DNA of 64,000 bases from Mobula birostris (Eukaryota): the NCBI RefSeq assembly GCF_030028105.1, contig NC_092383.1:97859604-97923603 (forward strand), given 5' to 3'. This document shows, piece after piece, positions 45,731 to 58,515 of the stretch. Position numbers and translations under genes: made by a program. Under the pieces are notes generated by a model, which saw only the letters and a list, made by a program, of their open reading frames with translations, made no database searches and was not told the origin of the DNA. The first letter of the stretch is position 1. The number at the start of each line of letters is the position of its first letter.

Positions 45731-46930
45731 ATATAGAAAATAAGTGCAGGAGTAGGACATTCGGCCCTTCGAGCCTGCACCACCGTTCAGTATGATCATG
45801 GCTGATCATCCAACTCAAAACCCTGTACCTGCCTTCTCTCCATACCCCCTGATCCCTTTAGCTACAAGGGCCATACCTAACTCCCTCTGAAATATAGCCA
45901 ATGAACTGGCCTCAACTGTTTCCTGTGGCAGAGAATTCTACAAATTCACCACTCTCTGTGTGAAGACGTTTTTCCTCATCTCGGTCCTAAATGGCTTCCC
46001 CTTTATCCTCAAACTGGGATCCCTCATTCTGGACTTCCCCAACATCAGGAACAATCTTCCTACATCTAGCCTGTCCAATCCCTTTAGAATTTTATACGTT
46101 TCAATAAGATCCCCCCTCAATCTTCTAAATTCCAGAGAGTATAAGCCTAGTCGATCCAGTCTTTCATCATATGAAAGTCCTGCCATCCCAGGAATCAATC
46201 TGGTGAACCTTGTTTGTACTCCCTCTATGGCAAGAATGTCTTTCCTCAGATTAGGGGACCAAAACTGCACACAATACTCCAGGTGTGGTCTCACCAAGGC
46301 CTTGTACAACTGCAGTAGAACCTCCCTGCTCCTGTACTCAAATCCTCTTGCTATAAATGCCAGCATACCATTCGCCTTTTTCACCACTTGCTGTATCTGC
46401 ATGCCCACTTTCAATGACTGGTGTATAATGACACCCCGGTCTCGTTGCACCTCCCCTTTTCCTAATCGGCCACCATTCAGATAATAATCTGTCTTCTTGT
46501 TCTTGCCACCAGAGTGGATAACCTCACATTTATCCACATTAAATTGCATCTGCCATGAATTTGCCCACTCACCTAACCTATCCAAGTCACCCTGCATCCT
46601 CTTAGCATCCTCCTCACAGCTAACACTGCCGCCCAGCTTCGTGTCATCTGCAAACTTGGAGATGCTGCATTTAATTCCCTCGTCTAAGTCATTAATATAT
46701 TTTGTAAACAACTGGGGTCCCAGCACTGAGCCTTGCGGTACCCCACTAGTCACTGCCTGCCATTCTGAAAGGGTCCCATTTATTCCCAGTCTTTGCTTCC
46801 TGTCTGCCAACCGATTCTCCATCCACATCAATATCTTACCCCCAATACTGTGTGCTTTAAGTTTGCACACTGATCTCCTGTGTGGGACCTTGCCAAAAGC
46901 CTTTTGAAAATCCAAATATACCACATCCAC
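45731..46930 (-). mobile_element. Young CR1 3' fragment, RT frame open for 330 aa
   Basis: ORF 45938-46930: DFQKAF, GVPQGSVLGPQLF, KFADDTKL, RPHLEYCVQFWSP. Confidence 0.95.
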
Positions 46931-47070
46931 TCATGAAGGGTCTTAGCCCAAAACAATGACGATTCACTCTTTTTCCATAGATACTGCCTGGCCTGTTGAG
47001 TTCCTCCAGCATTTTGTGAATGTTGCTTGGATTTCCAGCATCTGCAGATTTTCTCAGCTTTACCTTTCCC
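46930..47070 (+). mobile_element. Penelope terminal-repeat fragment
   Basis: CATGAAGGGTCTTAGCCCAAAAC...CTGCCTGGCCTGTTGAGTTCCTCCAGCA...CCAGCATCTGCAGA. Confidence 0.6.
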
Positions 47071-47760
47071 CACCCACGTGACTTCATCCAGCATCTTCCA
47101 GCCAGTTCTCCTTCCCCTCTCCCCATAGGAAGCGAGAACCAAAGATACTACATTTACTAAAAGTTAACAAACAGGTGATAATTCAAACAGAATCTCAAAA
47201 AGAAAGCTAAAACAACAAGGAAAAGGACAATTAAAAAACAAAAATTGTAGACCTTAATCCAACAACGTCATGTTAATCCGACAATGTCACTGTGAAGAAC
47301 CAGTGGTCAGGGTCAGCCGAGAGGACCAGTGCCACGGTCGACCTCTGCAGAAGCACAGTGTGGACGAGCTTCATTCTGTACATGACCTGTGCACTGGGAG
47401 TGGGTGAAGGGACAGTGTAGTCGGTGGTTTCCCGTATTCCCTCATTGTGTTCACTCTCTCCAAACACTACAAACCTTTTCTCCAGACTGGAGCCCATTTG
47501 CTATGTCTCTGCCTCCCTGTCATGACAATCGATATCTGGCTGCAGGCTGCAACTCCCTTCCTCAGGGCCGGGTGTGGAGTGTCTTCACTCTGTTCCCCTG
47601 GTGGGCTCACTGTGTGATGTAGGAACTGTGTGCCGGGTCTCTCTCAGGGACGGGAGCCAGATGATGGGCCGCATGGCCTGCTCCTGTAACTGTGATCCTC
47701 CCGGCTCTGATTCTACAGTTACTGAATTCACCTGCTGACTGTCTCCTCTTGTCTCCTCAG

Positions 47761-48081
47761 CTGAGACTGGGGATTCCCCGACCACTGTGAACGGAACTTG
47801 GGGACAGTCGGTCTCCTTACCTCCTGGGATCCCAATCGGACCGGACGTTGCTGAGCTTGTGTGGAGACGGTTGTCACCCAGGGTGAAGATAGTGACATAT
47901 TCAAAGAAGATCAGTGACTATTACGGTTCTGAGGAGTACAAGCGACGGATAACTTTTCATCCCGGGAACTTCAGTCTGGAAATCCGTGATCTGCAGAGAG
48001 AGGACACTGGTGATTACGAGGTGACTGTTACAGCAAGTTCAGGAGCACAGGCTCAGAACAAAATGCGACTGGAGGTGTACG
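47761..48081 (+). CDS. Gene B IgV exon 1 (N-terminal domain)
   Basis: Acceptor CTCCTCTTGTCTCCTCAG, 321 nt, phase 1-1, donor GTGAGT; (A)ETGDSPTTVNGTWGQSVSLPPG...LVWRR...DLQREDTGDYEV...RLEVY. Confidence 0.9.
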
Positions 48082-50221
48082 GTGAGTGAGACGCCTCGGA
48101 GGGGCCCGGGTTTCATCAGTTCCTGAAGCACCCCAATTAATGATCCTGTGTGTTCCCCTGTTTACTGAACCCACTGACTGCCGGTGTCCAGAGCTGGGCT
48201 CACGGTCCTAGTGTAGTGAGGCTGAGTCAGTGTGAGTCTGGAGGACACACTCACCACATCCCCGGAGACTGAACCAGAGGCTGTGAAGCATCAAACTGTC
48301 AATGGGGAACCTCGTGACTCTGAGGCTGGAGGAGCTGAGCAGATGGGGAAGGGGGAACAGGAGATAGGCTGATCTGGTGGGAGGGACTGGTCGATGGGCT
48401 GAACAGTCTATATCTGTGGGTCAGTTAAACAGATCCCTCTGTATCCCCAGGTCAAAGGCCTGGTCTGTCATGTTCAGGGATCCCATTTTCAGAAGGCACT
48501 GCTTGTTAATTGCCCAGACTGAGGTCTGAGCTCAGCAAGGTGTTTATTCCTCAGCCTTCATGCTGTGCTGTGCTGAGTGAGACCCTGTGTGTTCATTACA
48601 CTGAATATAGTGTCCCAGTGAGTGACACAGTACACGGACACAACAGCACACTCACACACAGCAATATGGTTCCTGACTCACTCTAACAGTAATATCACAT
48701 TCACAATTACCTCACTCAGCAACGTTTGTCTGAGAAATCTCCTCCACCCCAGGTTTAACGGGTTCCATAGGAGGGAGGAGAATATCAGAACGTGGGGAAT
48801 AGAACGTCACAGGAACAGCTCCTCAGCTCATGATGTGCTGCCAAACTCATTGCTAATGGAATCCAGTTAAGCTAATCCCTTCTGACTGTTCGTGTTCCAT
48901 ATGCCTTTATTCTCTACACATTCATGCGTGTACGTACAGCCTCTCAGAAATCTCTCTGGCCTTTGCCTCTGCCACCACTCCAGACAGCCCATTTCAGGCT
49001 CCCACCCCCACTCTCTGTGTGAAGAAAAACTTGTCCCGCACATCTCCTTTGAATTTACCCCTGTCACTGTAAATGCACCATCTCCGGTATTAGACACTTT
49101 TTATTTGATTTTTTAAAATTTTTTTGAGATACACCAGGGAATAGTCCCTTCCGGGATTTGAACTACACTGCCCAGCAATCCCCTGATTGTAACCCAGCCT
49201 AATCACAGGACAATTTATAATGACTGATTAACCATCCAATCAGTACGTGTTTGGACTGTGGGAGGAAACCAGAGCACGCAGAGGAATCCCACGTGGACAC
49301 GGGGAGAATGTACAAACTCCTTACGGGCAGTGGGAATTCAACCTGGTTCACTGGTACTGTAAAGTGTTGTGCTAACCACTACGCTATAGTGCCACCCCTG
49401 GGAAAAAATCCTGTCTGTCTATCATCTGTGTCTTAAAAATGTTATAAACTTGTATCAGGTCAATCCTCAACCTCCGGCACTGTGAGGAAACAACCAACAT
49501 TTGTCCAAACTTTTCCTCCAGCACATGCCCTGTAATCCGGGCACAATGATGGTAAATGTCTGTTCCCTCTCCAAAACCTCCACATTCTTCCTTTAATGGG
49601 GTGGCTGGAAATGAATGCAATACTCCAGATGTGGCCTAATTGGAATTTTTAAAGATGTAGCATAACTTCTTGCCTTTTGAACTCAGTGCCTCGACTGATG
49701 AGGACAAGCATGTAAAATCCCTTCTTTACCCCCCGATCAACATGCAGCCACGTTTCCCCACCCATGTCTGCATCTGATCCATGTCCAATTGCATCTATTG
49801 GCACTCCTCTGCACCATCCACAACACCAACAATCTGTTGGAGGCCTTTGGCCCACCTGGAGCCTATTCCCCACTTACTGAAATCAGGGTTGGTCTGACCT
49901 TGATCTCAGCTCTACTTTCCTGCCTGTTTCCACCCTCTCCCCAAATCCTCTCCAGATCAAAACTCTGTCTGAACCTTGAATACAGTGACTCAGCCTCCAC
50001 AACTCTCTGGGGAAGAAAATTCCATCGATTCCTGAACCTTAGAGAGGAGAAATCCTTCCTCATATCTGTCTGAAATTATACTCCCTTATTCTGAAACTGT
50101 GCCCTCATTTTAGATCATACAGGAGGGGGAAACGTCCTCCCAACACCCACCTCACCCCGATTCCTGCTCCAGTCACTGAACTCACCGGCTGACGGCTGAC
50201 TGCTTCCTCTTGTCTCCTCAG

Positions 50222-50524
50222 AGTGGATGGGGACCGTGACAAGAGCTTGGGGACAGTTGGTCTCCCTACCTGCTGGGATCACACGCGGGCTGGACGTTTC
50301 TCAGGTGGTGTGGAGAAGAGATGGAACCACAATAGCAGAATATGCAAATGGAGTCATTTCTTACTTCGGTCCTGAGGAGTACAAGCGACGGATAACTCTT
50401 CATCTCGGGAACTTCAGTCTGGAAATTCGTGATCTACAGATAAAGGACACTGGTTATTACGAGGTGACTGTTACAGCAAGTTCAGGAACACAGACTCAGA
50501 ACAAAATGCGACTGGAGGTGTACG
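50222..50524 (+). CDS. Gene B IgV exon 2
   Basis: Acceptor CTTCCTCTTGTCTCCTCAG, 303 nt, phase 1-1, donor GTGAGT; central part nearly identical to gene A V2. Confidence 0.9.
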
Positions 50525-52280
50525 GTGAGTGAAGCGTTGCAGAGGGGCCCAGGTTTCTTTGGTTCCTCTAACACTTCCAATTACTGGCTGAGGGCAGATC
50601 CTCTGTGTTCCCCTGTTTACTGAACCCCACTGACTGCCCGTGTCCAGAGCTGGGCTCACGGTCCCAGTGTAGTGGGGTTGAGACAGTGTGAGTCTGGAGG
50701 ACACACTCACCACATCCCCTGAGACTGGACCAGAGACTGTGAAGCATCGAACTGTCAATGGGGAACCTCGTGACTCTGAGGCTGGAGGAGATGAGCAGAT
50801 GGTGTGGGGGAACAGGAGATAGGCCAATCTGGTGGGAGGGGCTGATGACTGGGTCGAACAGTCTATATCTGTGGGTCTTTTCAACAGATCCCTCCGTATT
50901 CCCAGGTCAAAGGCCTGGTCTTTCATGTTCAGGGATCCCATTTTCAGAAGGCACTGCTTGTTAATTCCCCAGACTGAGGTCTGAGCTCAGCAAAGTGTTT
51001 ATTCCTCAGCCTTCATGCTGTGCTGTGCTGAGTGAGACCTTGTGTGTTCATTACACTGAATATAGTGTCCCAGTGAGTGACACTGTACACGGACACAACA
51101 GCACACTCACACACAGCAATATGGTTCCTGACTCACTCTAACAGTAATATCACATTCACAATAATCTCACTCAGCAACGTTTGTCTGAGAAATCTCCTCC
51201 ACCCCAGGTTTAACGGGTTCCATTGGAGGGGGGAGAATGTCAGAACATGGGGAATAGAACGTCACAGGAACAGCTCCTCAGCTCATGATGTGCTGCCAAA
51301 CTCATTGCTAATGGAACCCAGTTAAGCTAATCCCTTCTGACTGTTCGTGCTCCATATGCCTTTATTCTCTACACATTCATGTGTGTATGTACAGCCTCTC
51401 AAAAATCCCTCTGGCCTTTGCCTCTATCACAACTCCCGGCAGCCCATTTCAGGCTCCCACTCCCACTCTCTGTGTAAAGAAAAACTTGCCCTGCACATCT
51501 CCTTTGAATTATACCATCTCTGTAAATGCACCATCTCCGGTGTTAGACAATTATATTTGTTTTTTTATATTTTATTGAGATACACCAGGGAATAGTCCCT
51601 TCCAGGATTTGAACCACACTGCCCAGCAATCCCCCGATTGTAACCCAGCCTAATCACAGGACAATTTATAATAACCAATTAACCATCCAATCGGTACGTG
51701 TTTGTTGTAGGAGGAAACCAGAGCACGCAGAGGAATCCCACGTGGACATGGGGAGAATGTACAAACTCCTTATGGGCAGCGGGAATTCAACCTGGTTCAC
51801 TGGTATTGTAAAGCGTTGTGCTAACCACTACGCTATCATGCAACCCTTGGGGAAAGAATACTGGCTGTCTACTTTATCTGTGTTCTTATAAATGTTAAAC
51901 ACTTGTATCAGGTCTATCCTCAACCTCCAACACTGTGAGGAAACAACCAAAATTATCCAACTTTTTCTTCCAGCACATGCCCTGTAGTCCAGGCACCCAG
52001 ATGGTAAATGTCTGTTCCCTCTCTAAAGCCTCCACGTTCTTCCTTTAACGGAGTGGCTGGAAATGAATGCAATATTCCAGATGTCGCTGAATCAGAGTTT
52101 TTAAAGGTGTAGCATAACTTCTGGACTTTTGAACTCACTGCACCGACTGATGAGGACAAGCATGTAAAATCCCTTCTTTACCCCCCAATCAACATGCAGC
52201 CACGTTTCCCCACCCACGTCTGCATCTGATCCATCCAATTGCATCTATTCTCTGTACCCTCCACAACACCACCAATCTTT

Positions 52281-53530
52281 GTAGAACATAGAACATAGAA
52301 TAGTACAGCACAGTACAGGCCCTTCGGCCCACAATGTTGTGCTGACCATCAAACCCTGCCTCCCATATAAGCCCCCAACTTAAATTCCTCCATATACCTG
52401 TCTAGTAGTCTCTTAAACTTCACTAGTGTATCTGCCTCCACCACTGACTCAGACAGTGCATTCCACACACCAACCACTCTCTGAGTAAAAGACCTTCCTC
52501 TAATATCCCCCTTGAACTTCCCACCCCTTACCTTAAAGCCATGTCCTCTTGTATTGAGCAGTGGTGCCCTGGGGAAGAGGCGCTGGCTATCCACTCTTAT
52601 CTATTCCTCTTATTATCTTGTACACCTCTATCATATCTCCTCTCATCCTCCTCCTCTCCAAAGTGTAAAGCCCTAGCTCCCTTAATCTCTGATCATAATG
52701 CATACTTTCTAAACCAGGCAGCATCCTGGTAAATCTCCTCTGTACCCTTTCCAATGCTTCCACATTCTTCCTATAGTGAGGTGACCAGAACTGGACACAG
52801 TACTCCAAGTGTGGCCTAACCAGAATTTATAGAGTTGCATCTTTACATCGCGACTCTTAAACTCTATCCCTCGACTTATGAAAGCTAACACCCCATAAGC
52901 CTTCTTAACTACCCTATCCACCTGTGAGGCAACTTACAGGGATCTGTGGACATGTACCCCGTGATCCCTCTGCTCCTCCACACTACCAAGTATCCTGCCA
53001 TTTACTTTGTACTCTGCCTTGGAATTTGTCCTTCCAAAGTGTACCACCTCACATTTCTCCGGGTTGAACTCCATCTGCCACTTCCCAGCCCACTTCTGCA
53101 TCCTATCAATGTCTCTCTGCAATCTTTGACAATCCTCTACACTATCTACAACACCATCAACCTTTGTGTCGTCTGCAAACTTGCCAACCCACCCGTCTAC
53201 CCCCACATCCAAGTCGTTAATAAAAATCACGAAAAGTAGAGGTCCCAGAACAGATCCTTGTGGGACACCACTAGTCACAATCCTCCAATCTGAATGTACT
53301 CCCTCCACCACCACCCCTCTGCCTTCTGCAGGCAAGCCAATTCTGAATCCACCTGGCCAAACTTCCCTGGATCCCATGCCTTCTGACTTTCTGAATAAGC
53401 CTACCGTGTGGAACCTTGTCAAATGCCTTACTATAATCCATATAGATCACATCCACTGCGCTAACCTCATCTATGTGCCTGGTCACCTCCTCAAAGAACT
53501 CTATCAGGCTTGTTAGACACGATCTGCTCT
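52281..53530 (-). mobile_element. Young CR1 3' fragment in the gene B V2-V3 intron
   Basis: (AGAACAT)n tail, [20 protein letters not shown]. The paralogous intron near 9600 has the empty site ACCAATCTTTATCTCATCTACA. Confidence 0.9.
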
Positions 53531-54349
53531 CATCTACAGGCTTGTTAGACATGATCTGCCCTTATCTCATCTACAAACATCCTAACCCTCCCATCTGTAT
53601 TTCTATCCAAGGAACAGTGAGTGGCCTTTCACCCACCTCGAGCTGACTCCCCACTCACTGAATTCGGGGTTGGTCTGACCCTGATCTCAGCTCCACTTCC
53701 CTGCCTCTTTCAAAGGTTCAGAGTTTCAATTTAATGACAGAGAAATGTATACAATATACATCCTGAAATGCTTTTTCTTTGCAAAACATCCACAAAAACA
53801 GAGAAGTGCCCCAAAGAATGAACGACAGTTAAACGTGAGAACCGCTAAGATCCCCCCCCTAGCTCCCCCTTCCAGCGTGTAAGCGGTGGCGAGCAACAAT
53901 CCCCCTATCCCCGACTCCTCTTCAGACTAAAATGCAAGAGAGAACCAGTAAATAAAACCCAAGCTGGGTTCACAGAAAACAAGTCATTACCAAGATGTAG
54001 TGATATCTAATTCCCAGTAAACACTCTCAATTTAACCCATGCAATTCCAGGCATACAGATGACAGGTAATGATGTTTAAAGATATCACTACCCTCAGAAT
54101 TATATCCCTCTCAGCTTTGAATACAGTGACTCAGCACCTCTCTGGGGGAGAAAATTCCTCTGGTTCCTGATCCTTGGAGAGGGGAAATTGTTCCTCATCT
54201 CCGTCTGAAATTATGGTCTCTTATTCTAAAACTGTACCCTTGTTCTAGATCCCACAAGAGGGGGAAACACCCTCCCAACACCCCCCTCACTCTGATTCCT
54301 GCTCCAGTCACTGAGCTCACCTGCTGACTGCCTCCTCTTTTCTCCTCAG

Positions 54350-54652
54350 AATGGATGGGAACTGTGAAAGGAGCTCGGGGAGAGACAGTCTCCTTAACTG
54401 CTGGGATCACAGTCGGGCCGGGCGTTTCTGAGGTGGTGTGGAGGTCAGATGGAACCAAAAAAGCCAAATACAGAAGTGGAAACATTTCCTACTTCGGTCC
54501 TGAGGAGTACAAGCGACGGATAACTCTTCATCCCAGGAAATTCAGTCTGGAAATCCGTAATCTACAGATAGAGGATGCCGGTGATTATGAGGTGGAAATT
54601 GCCGTGGGTTCTGGAGCTGAATCTAAGGCGAGAGTGCGACTGGAGGTGTACG
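54350..54652 (+). CDS. Gene B IgV exon 3
   Basis: Acceptor CTCCTCTTTTCTCCTCAG, 303 nt, phase 1-1, donor GTGAGT; EDAGDYEVEIAVGSGAESKARVRLEVY. Confidence 0.9.
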
Positions 54653-55795
54653 GTGAGTGAGACACTGCAAAACGGTCCAGATTTCACCAGTTCCTGAAAC
54701 ATCCTAATAAATGGGTGACGGCAGATCCTGGCCATTCCACTCTTTACTGAACCACACCGACTGATTGTCCATGTCCAAGACATTCATTCTTGGGGGTAGA
54801 GGTGGAGAGTTTGGGAGGGCTGGTTGGAGTAGCTTGTCTGAGTATCTGCAGTGACATTGACAAGTACACACAGCGGCCACTGTGTACCGGTGGTGGAGCT
54901 GAAATTCCCCCAGAGGATGCGATAATTGCTGTCGTCGATGGAGATGAAAAGAGTGGTCTCCTTGCAAAAGAATCATGGTTGCATCACCCTGAGGAGTTTG
55001 TATCCTGGGAGTCTCCCCAGTCCCTTCTCTTCGGGACGGTGTACTCCTTTGGACTGTGGCCATGACAGGGGAAGAAGGCGGCACCCTCCCGTAGTCAACT
55101 CCCCCCACATAGTGTGGTCCTTGGCACCCTGAAGGAGCCAACTTCCCCACCACGTGGTTCCTGCACCTCAGGGCAACCTCCACCTCGGAGGAAGGTCACC
55201 TCCTCCTCCTTCATTGAGGGATGCAGAGATTCCATCAAAGATGAAGTATCCACCTCTATCCCTTCTTCCTCCTGTCCAGCTCCCCCAAGTCTCAGAGCAG
55301 GTGGTCTCTCTGAGATCAGCCCAGGGTTGAGGATAGGACCGGACCTGAGAAAACCACATTATCGGTGGATGCCAATGATGTACCTGTACGGGAACAGCTC
55401 GCACAGAGATCCACATAGTTCTATAGCACAGGTCTTCAGTACCACACCTTGGGTGTAGTCTGGTCCCATAGCTGTTGCTGTATCCAGTACTCTGATATCA
55501 CAGGGTATGAACTGAATTGTCTGGAGACTGGTTTCTGTGATGGGGGATCTCAGGAGGAAGCTGAGGGAGATCATCCACTCAGCACTTCTGTCTGAACATG
55601 GATGTGAATGATCAGCCTTATCTCTGGCACTCACACGCTGGGTCTTACTGTCAGTGAGGGAGTTTATGGAGACTCCACCGCCCATCAGCTGTTGTTCATG
55701 ACCAGATGTGAGGGGACTGTGGAGCTTTATTCTGATCCGTGGGGTGTGAGATCTCTCAGGTCTGTCTCCCGCAGCAGACTGCGATTGAGCTCACA

Positions 55796-56506
55796 TGTCA
55801 TGTGACCACTGTTTCGTTTACTGTGAGTGTCACTTTAAAAAGGCTGGATGAGGCGGGACTATGACGTCAGTATAACAAGCTGCGATGGACCGCTGGGATA
55901 TTGAGTAGTAAGAAGAGAAAGAGAGAGCGAGGAAGCTTTGGACCGCAAGCTGCCAGCAGGGTCTTGCTGTTAATGGGTAAAGTCTGATACTTTCCCATGC
56001 CCAAAGGATTGGGTTGATCAACACATTGGATGTGTGATCCATATGTGGATTTTTGTTGGAGTATCCTGTGGCAACCACTTTTGTTGACCCTTACCTGGAT
56101 TCGGGTGTGTTATATGGTAACCACTTGTGCTGAAGGACATTCTGTGACTGTCACCTTGTGATATCTCAACGAGGATTTCGGAATGACTCGACGGATAAGA
56201 CCTTCGACGACTGTTACTTCATTTACCCAGTGTGAAAACTGTGGAACTTTTCGTGATTGCCTCCTCTCTACATCTTAATGTGGTTACAAATCTTTCCCAT
56301 AATTTATTCCGTGGATTATTGAACCTTTTCTATTGTCATCTTAAGACTTTAAGAATTATTCCTAAGCTTGACAGTTTGGGAGCAAACTGTTAACTTCTGT
56401 TTATTTTGTTTAATTTCTTATATTTTTGAGTAGATACTAATAAAGATAGTGGTTTTAACGTTGAAACCTAACTCCATTTATGATCTATTGCTGCTGGTAT
56501 GTAACA
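55796..56506 (+). repeat. LTR 1 of Gmr1-like retrotransposon (TG...CA, 711 bp)
   Basis: TGTCATGTGACC...GTAACA; homologous to 63144-63820; followed by a PBS. Confidence 0.9.
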
Positions 56507-56511
56507 AAAAT

Positions 56512-56529
56512 TGGGGGTTCAGCCGCAAT
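56512..56529 (+). promoter_or_regulatory. PBS, degenerate tRNA-Pro-like
   Basis: TGGGGGTTCAGCCGCAAT versus TGGGGGCTCGTCCGGGAT, 5 nt after the LTR end. Confidence 0.55.
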
Positions 56530-56619
56530 TCGAACAAAATTGGAGCTTATTGATTGATTGATTATCGATCTGATTGATTACTTTCCTTTTGATTGACTTG
56601 TGTGTGGAAGCCAGCAGCA

Positions 56620-58320
56620 ATGGATATTGAGGGATTTCTGGCATTGACAACCCCTGAGGCATTAGGGGAAGCCTAAAAGGATGACTTGTTGGCCATTGCT
56701 AAAAAGCTGGGAATTGTTATGGTAAAATCATATATGAAAAAGGTAGAGATTCAGAGGAGAATAGCAGAGTGCTATATTTCTTCGAGGGAGTTTAAAGAGG
56801 AGGTGTTAGAAAGGTTTCCTGAAAGTAAAGCAGATCAGTTACAGCTGGAAGAAATGAAGTTAGAGAGACTTAAATTAGAGGACAGGGAAAGACAAAGATA
56901 GTTTGAAGCTGCGGAAGCAGAAAAACAAAGGAGGTTATAATGATGCAGCTGTATAAAACTCTGGTTAGGCCACACTTGGAGTACTGTGTCCAGTTCTGGT
57001 CACCTCACTATAGGAAGGATGTGGAAGCATTGGAAAGGGTACAGAGGAGATTTACTAGGCTGCTGGCTGGTTTAGAAAGTATGCATTATGATCAGAGATT
57101 AAGGGAGCTAGGGCTTTACTCTTTGGAGAGAAGGAGGATGAGAGGAGACATGATAGAGGTGTACAAGATAATAAGAGGAATAGATAGAGTGGATAGCCAG
57201 TGCCTCTTCCCCAGGGCACCACTGCTCAATACAAGAGGACATGGCTTTAAGGTAAGGGGTGGGAAGTTCAAGGGGGATATTAGAGGAAGGTTTTTTACTC
57301 AGAGAGTGGTTGGTGTGTGGAATGCACTGCCTGAGTCAGTGGTGGAGGCAGATACACTAGTGAAGTTTAAGAGACTACTAGAGAAGTATATGGAGGAATC
57401 TAAGGTAGGGGCTTATATGGCAGGCAGGGTTTGAGGGTCGACATAACATTGTGGGCCGAAGGGCCTGTACTGTGCTGTACTATTCTGTGTTCTATGTTCT
57501 ATGTTTGAGCTAGCGAGGTCAGAGAAGCTACCGCTGGGGGGTCTAGCGTTTGACACTGGTGATAGGTTTGTTGCCAGTTAGGAAGTTAAATTGGTCCATC
57601 CATTTGATGAGGCTGAGGTTGATAAATACTTTCAGCATTTTGAGAAAGTTGCTCAGAGCCTACAGTTGCCAAGGGGGTGTTGGCCTCTTCTGTTACAGAG
57701 TGTAATTAAGGGTAATGCTCAGCAGGCTTACTCTGCCCTATCAGTTGAAGATGCAGCTAATTATGAGACAGTAAGACAGGCTATGCTTAAAGCTTAGGAG
57801 CTGGTTCCAGAAGCCTACAGGCAAAGGTTTAGGAATTTGAAGAAATCTGTGAACCAGACTCATGTGGAATTTGCTGATGAGAAGTCTGTTTGTTTTGAAC
57901 GGTGGTGCACATCTAAAAGTGTGGATGGTGATTTTGGCAAACTGAAAGAGTTAGTTTTAATTGAAGAATTTCAAGGGTGTGTCCATAATGACATAAAGAC
58001 ATATTTAGATGAGAAGGATGCGGCCACTTGGCAAGAATCTGCTAAATTAGCAGATGAGTTTGCTCTAACCCACAAGTTTTAAGTTTACCCTGAGTAAGAC
58101 CTTCCAAAAGAGTAGCATGGATAGTCAGGGTAAACCAGAAATTAAATCTGGGACTAGTGACAAAGGTAAGGATGAAGGGAAGCAGTTAAAGGAGAAGCGT
58201 TCTGGTCCTATTTGTCACTACTGCAGGAAAGCTGGTCATGTTATGGCTAACTGTTTCCTCCTAAAGAAGAAGAAGGAAAAGGAGGCATCCAGATGTCTGT
58301 GTTCAATATGTTGAAACACC
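56620..58320 (+). pseudogene. gag: gag (capsid/SCAN-related plus CCHC), with stops and a CR1 insertion
   Basis: MDIEGFLALTTPEALGEA*KDDLL; PFDEAEVDKYFQHFEKVA; ELVPEAYRQRFR; CX2CX4HX4C. Confidence 0.85.
56930..57503 (+). mobile_element. Young CR1 3' fragment inserted in gag
   Basis: KTLVRPHLEYCVQFWSPHY...; (TTCTATG)n tail; near-identical to the 3' part of 52281-53530. Confidence 0.92.
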
Positions 58321-58515
58321 TGTAAACCCACAGAGTTCCGGACCTTCTGATAAAGCTCTGTCAGGGGCTGAGATGTCTGACCCGATTAGGAAAGAATTCA
58401 TTCCTTTTGTGTCAGTGGGGTTTGCTTCAGTGAACGAGGGGTCAACCATGGTACCAGTGAAAATTCTTCGAGATACGGGGGCTTCTCAGTCACTCTTGTT
58501 AGACAGTGTTCTAGT

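Noticed and set aside
45960-46907. + strand ORFs of 174 and 136 aa
   Set aside because: Antisense shadows of the CR1 RT frame.
36890-47070. Additional hammerhead-like motifs at about 29400-29465, 36920, 38900 and 46930
   Set aside because: Core nucleotides (CUGANGA or GAAA) are mutated; recorded only as Penelope fragments.
55114-55458. 114-aa Ser/Pro-rich + strand ORF as a possible stalk exon of gene B
   Set aside because: No convincing phase-1 acceptor/donor pair, and absent from the gene A intron.
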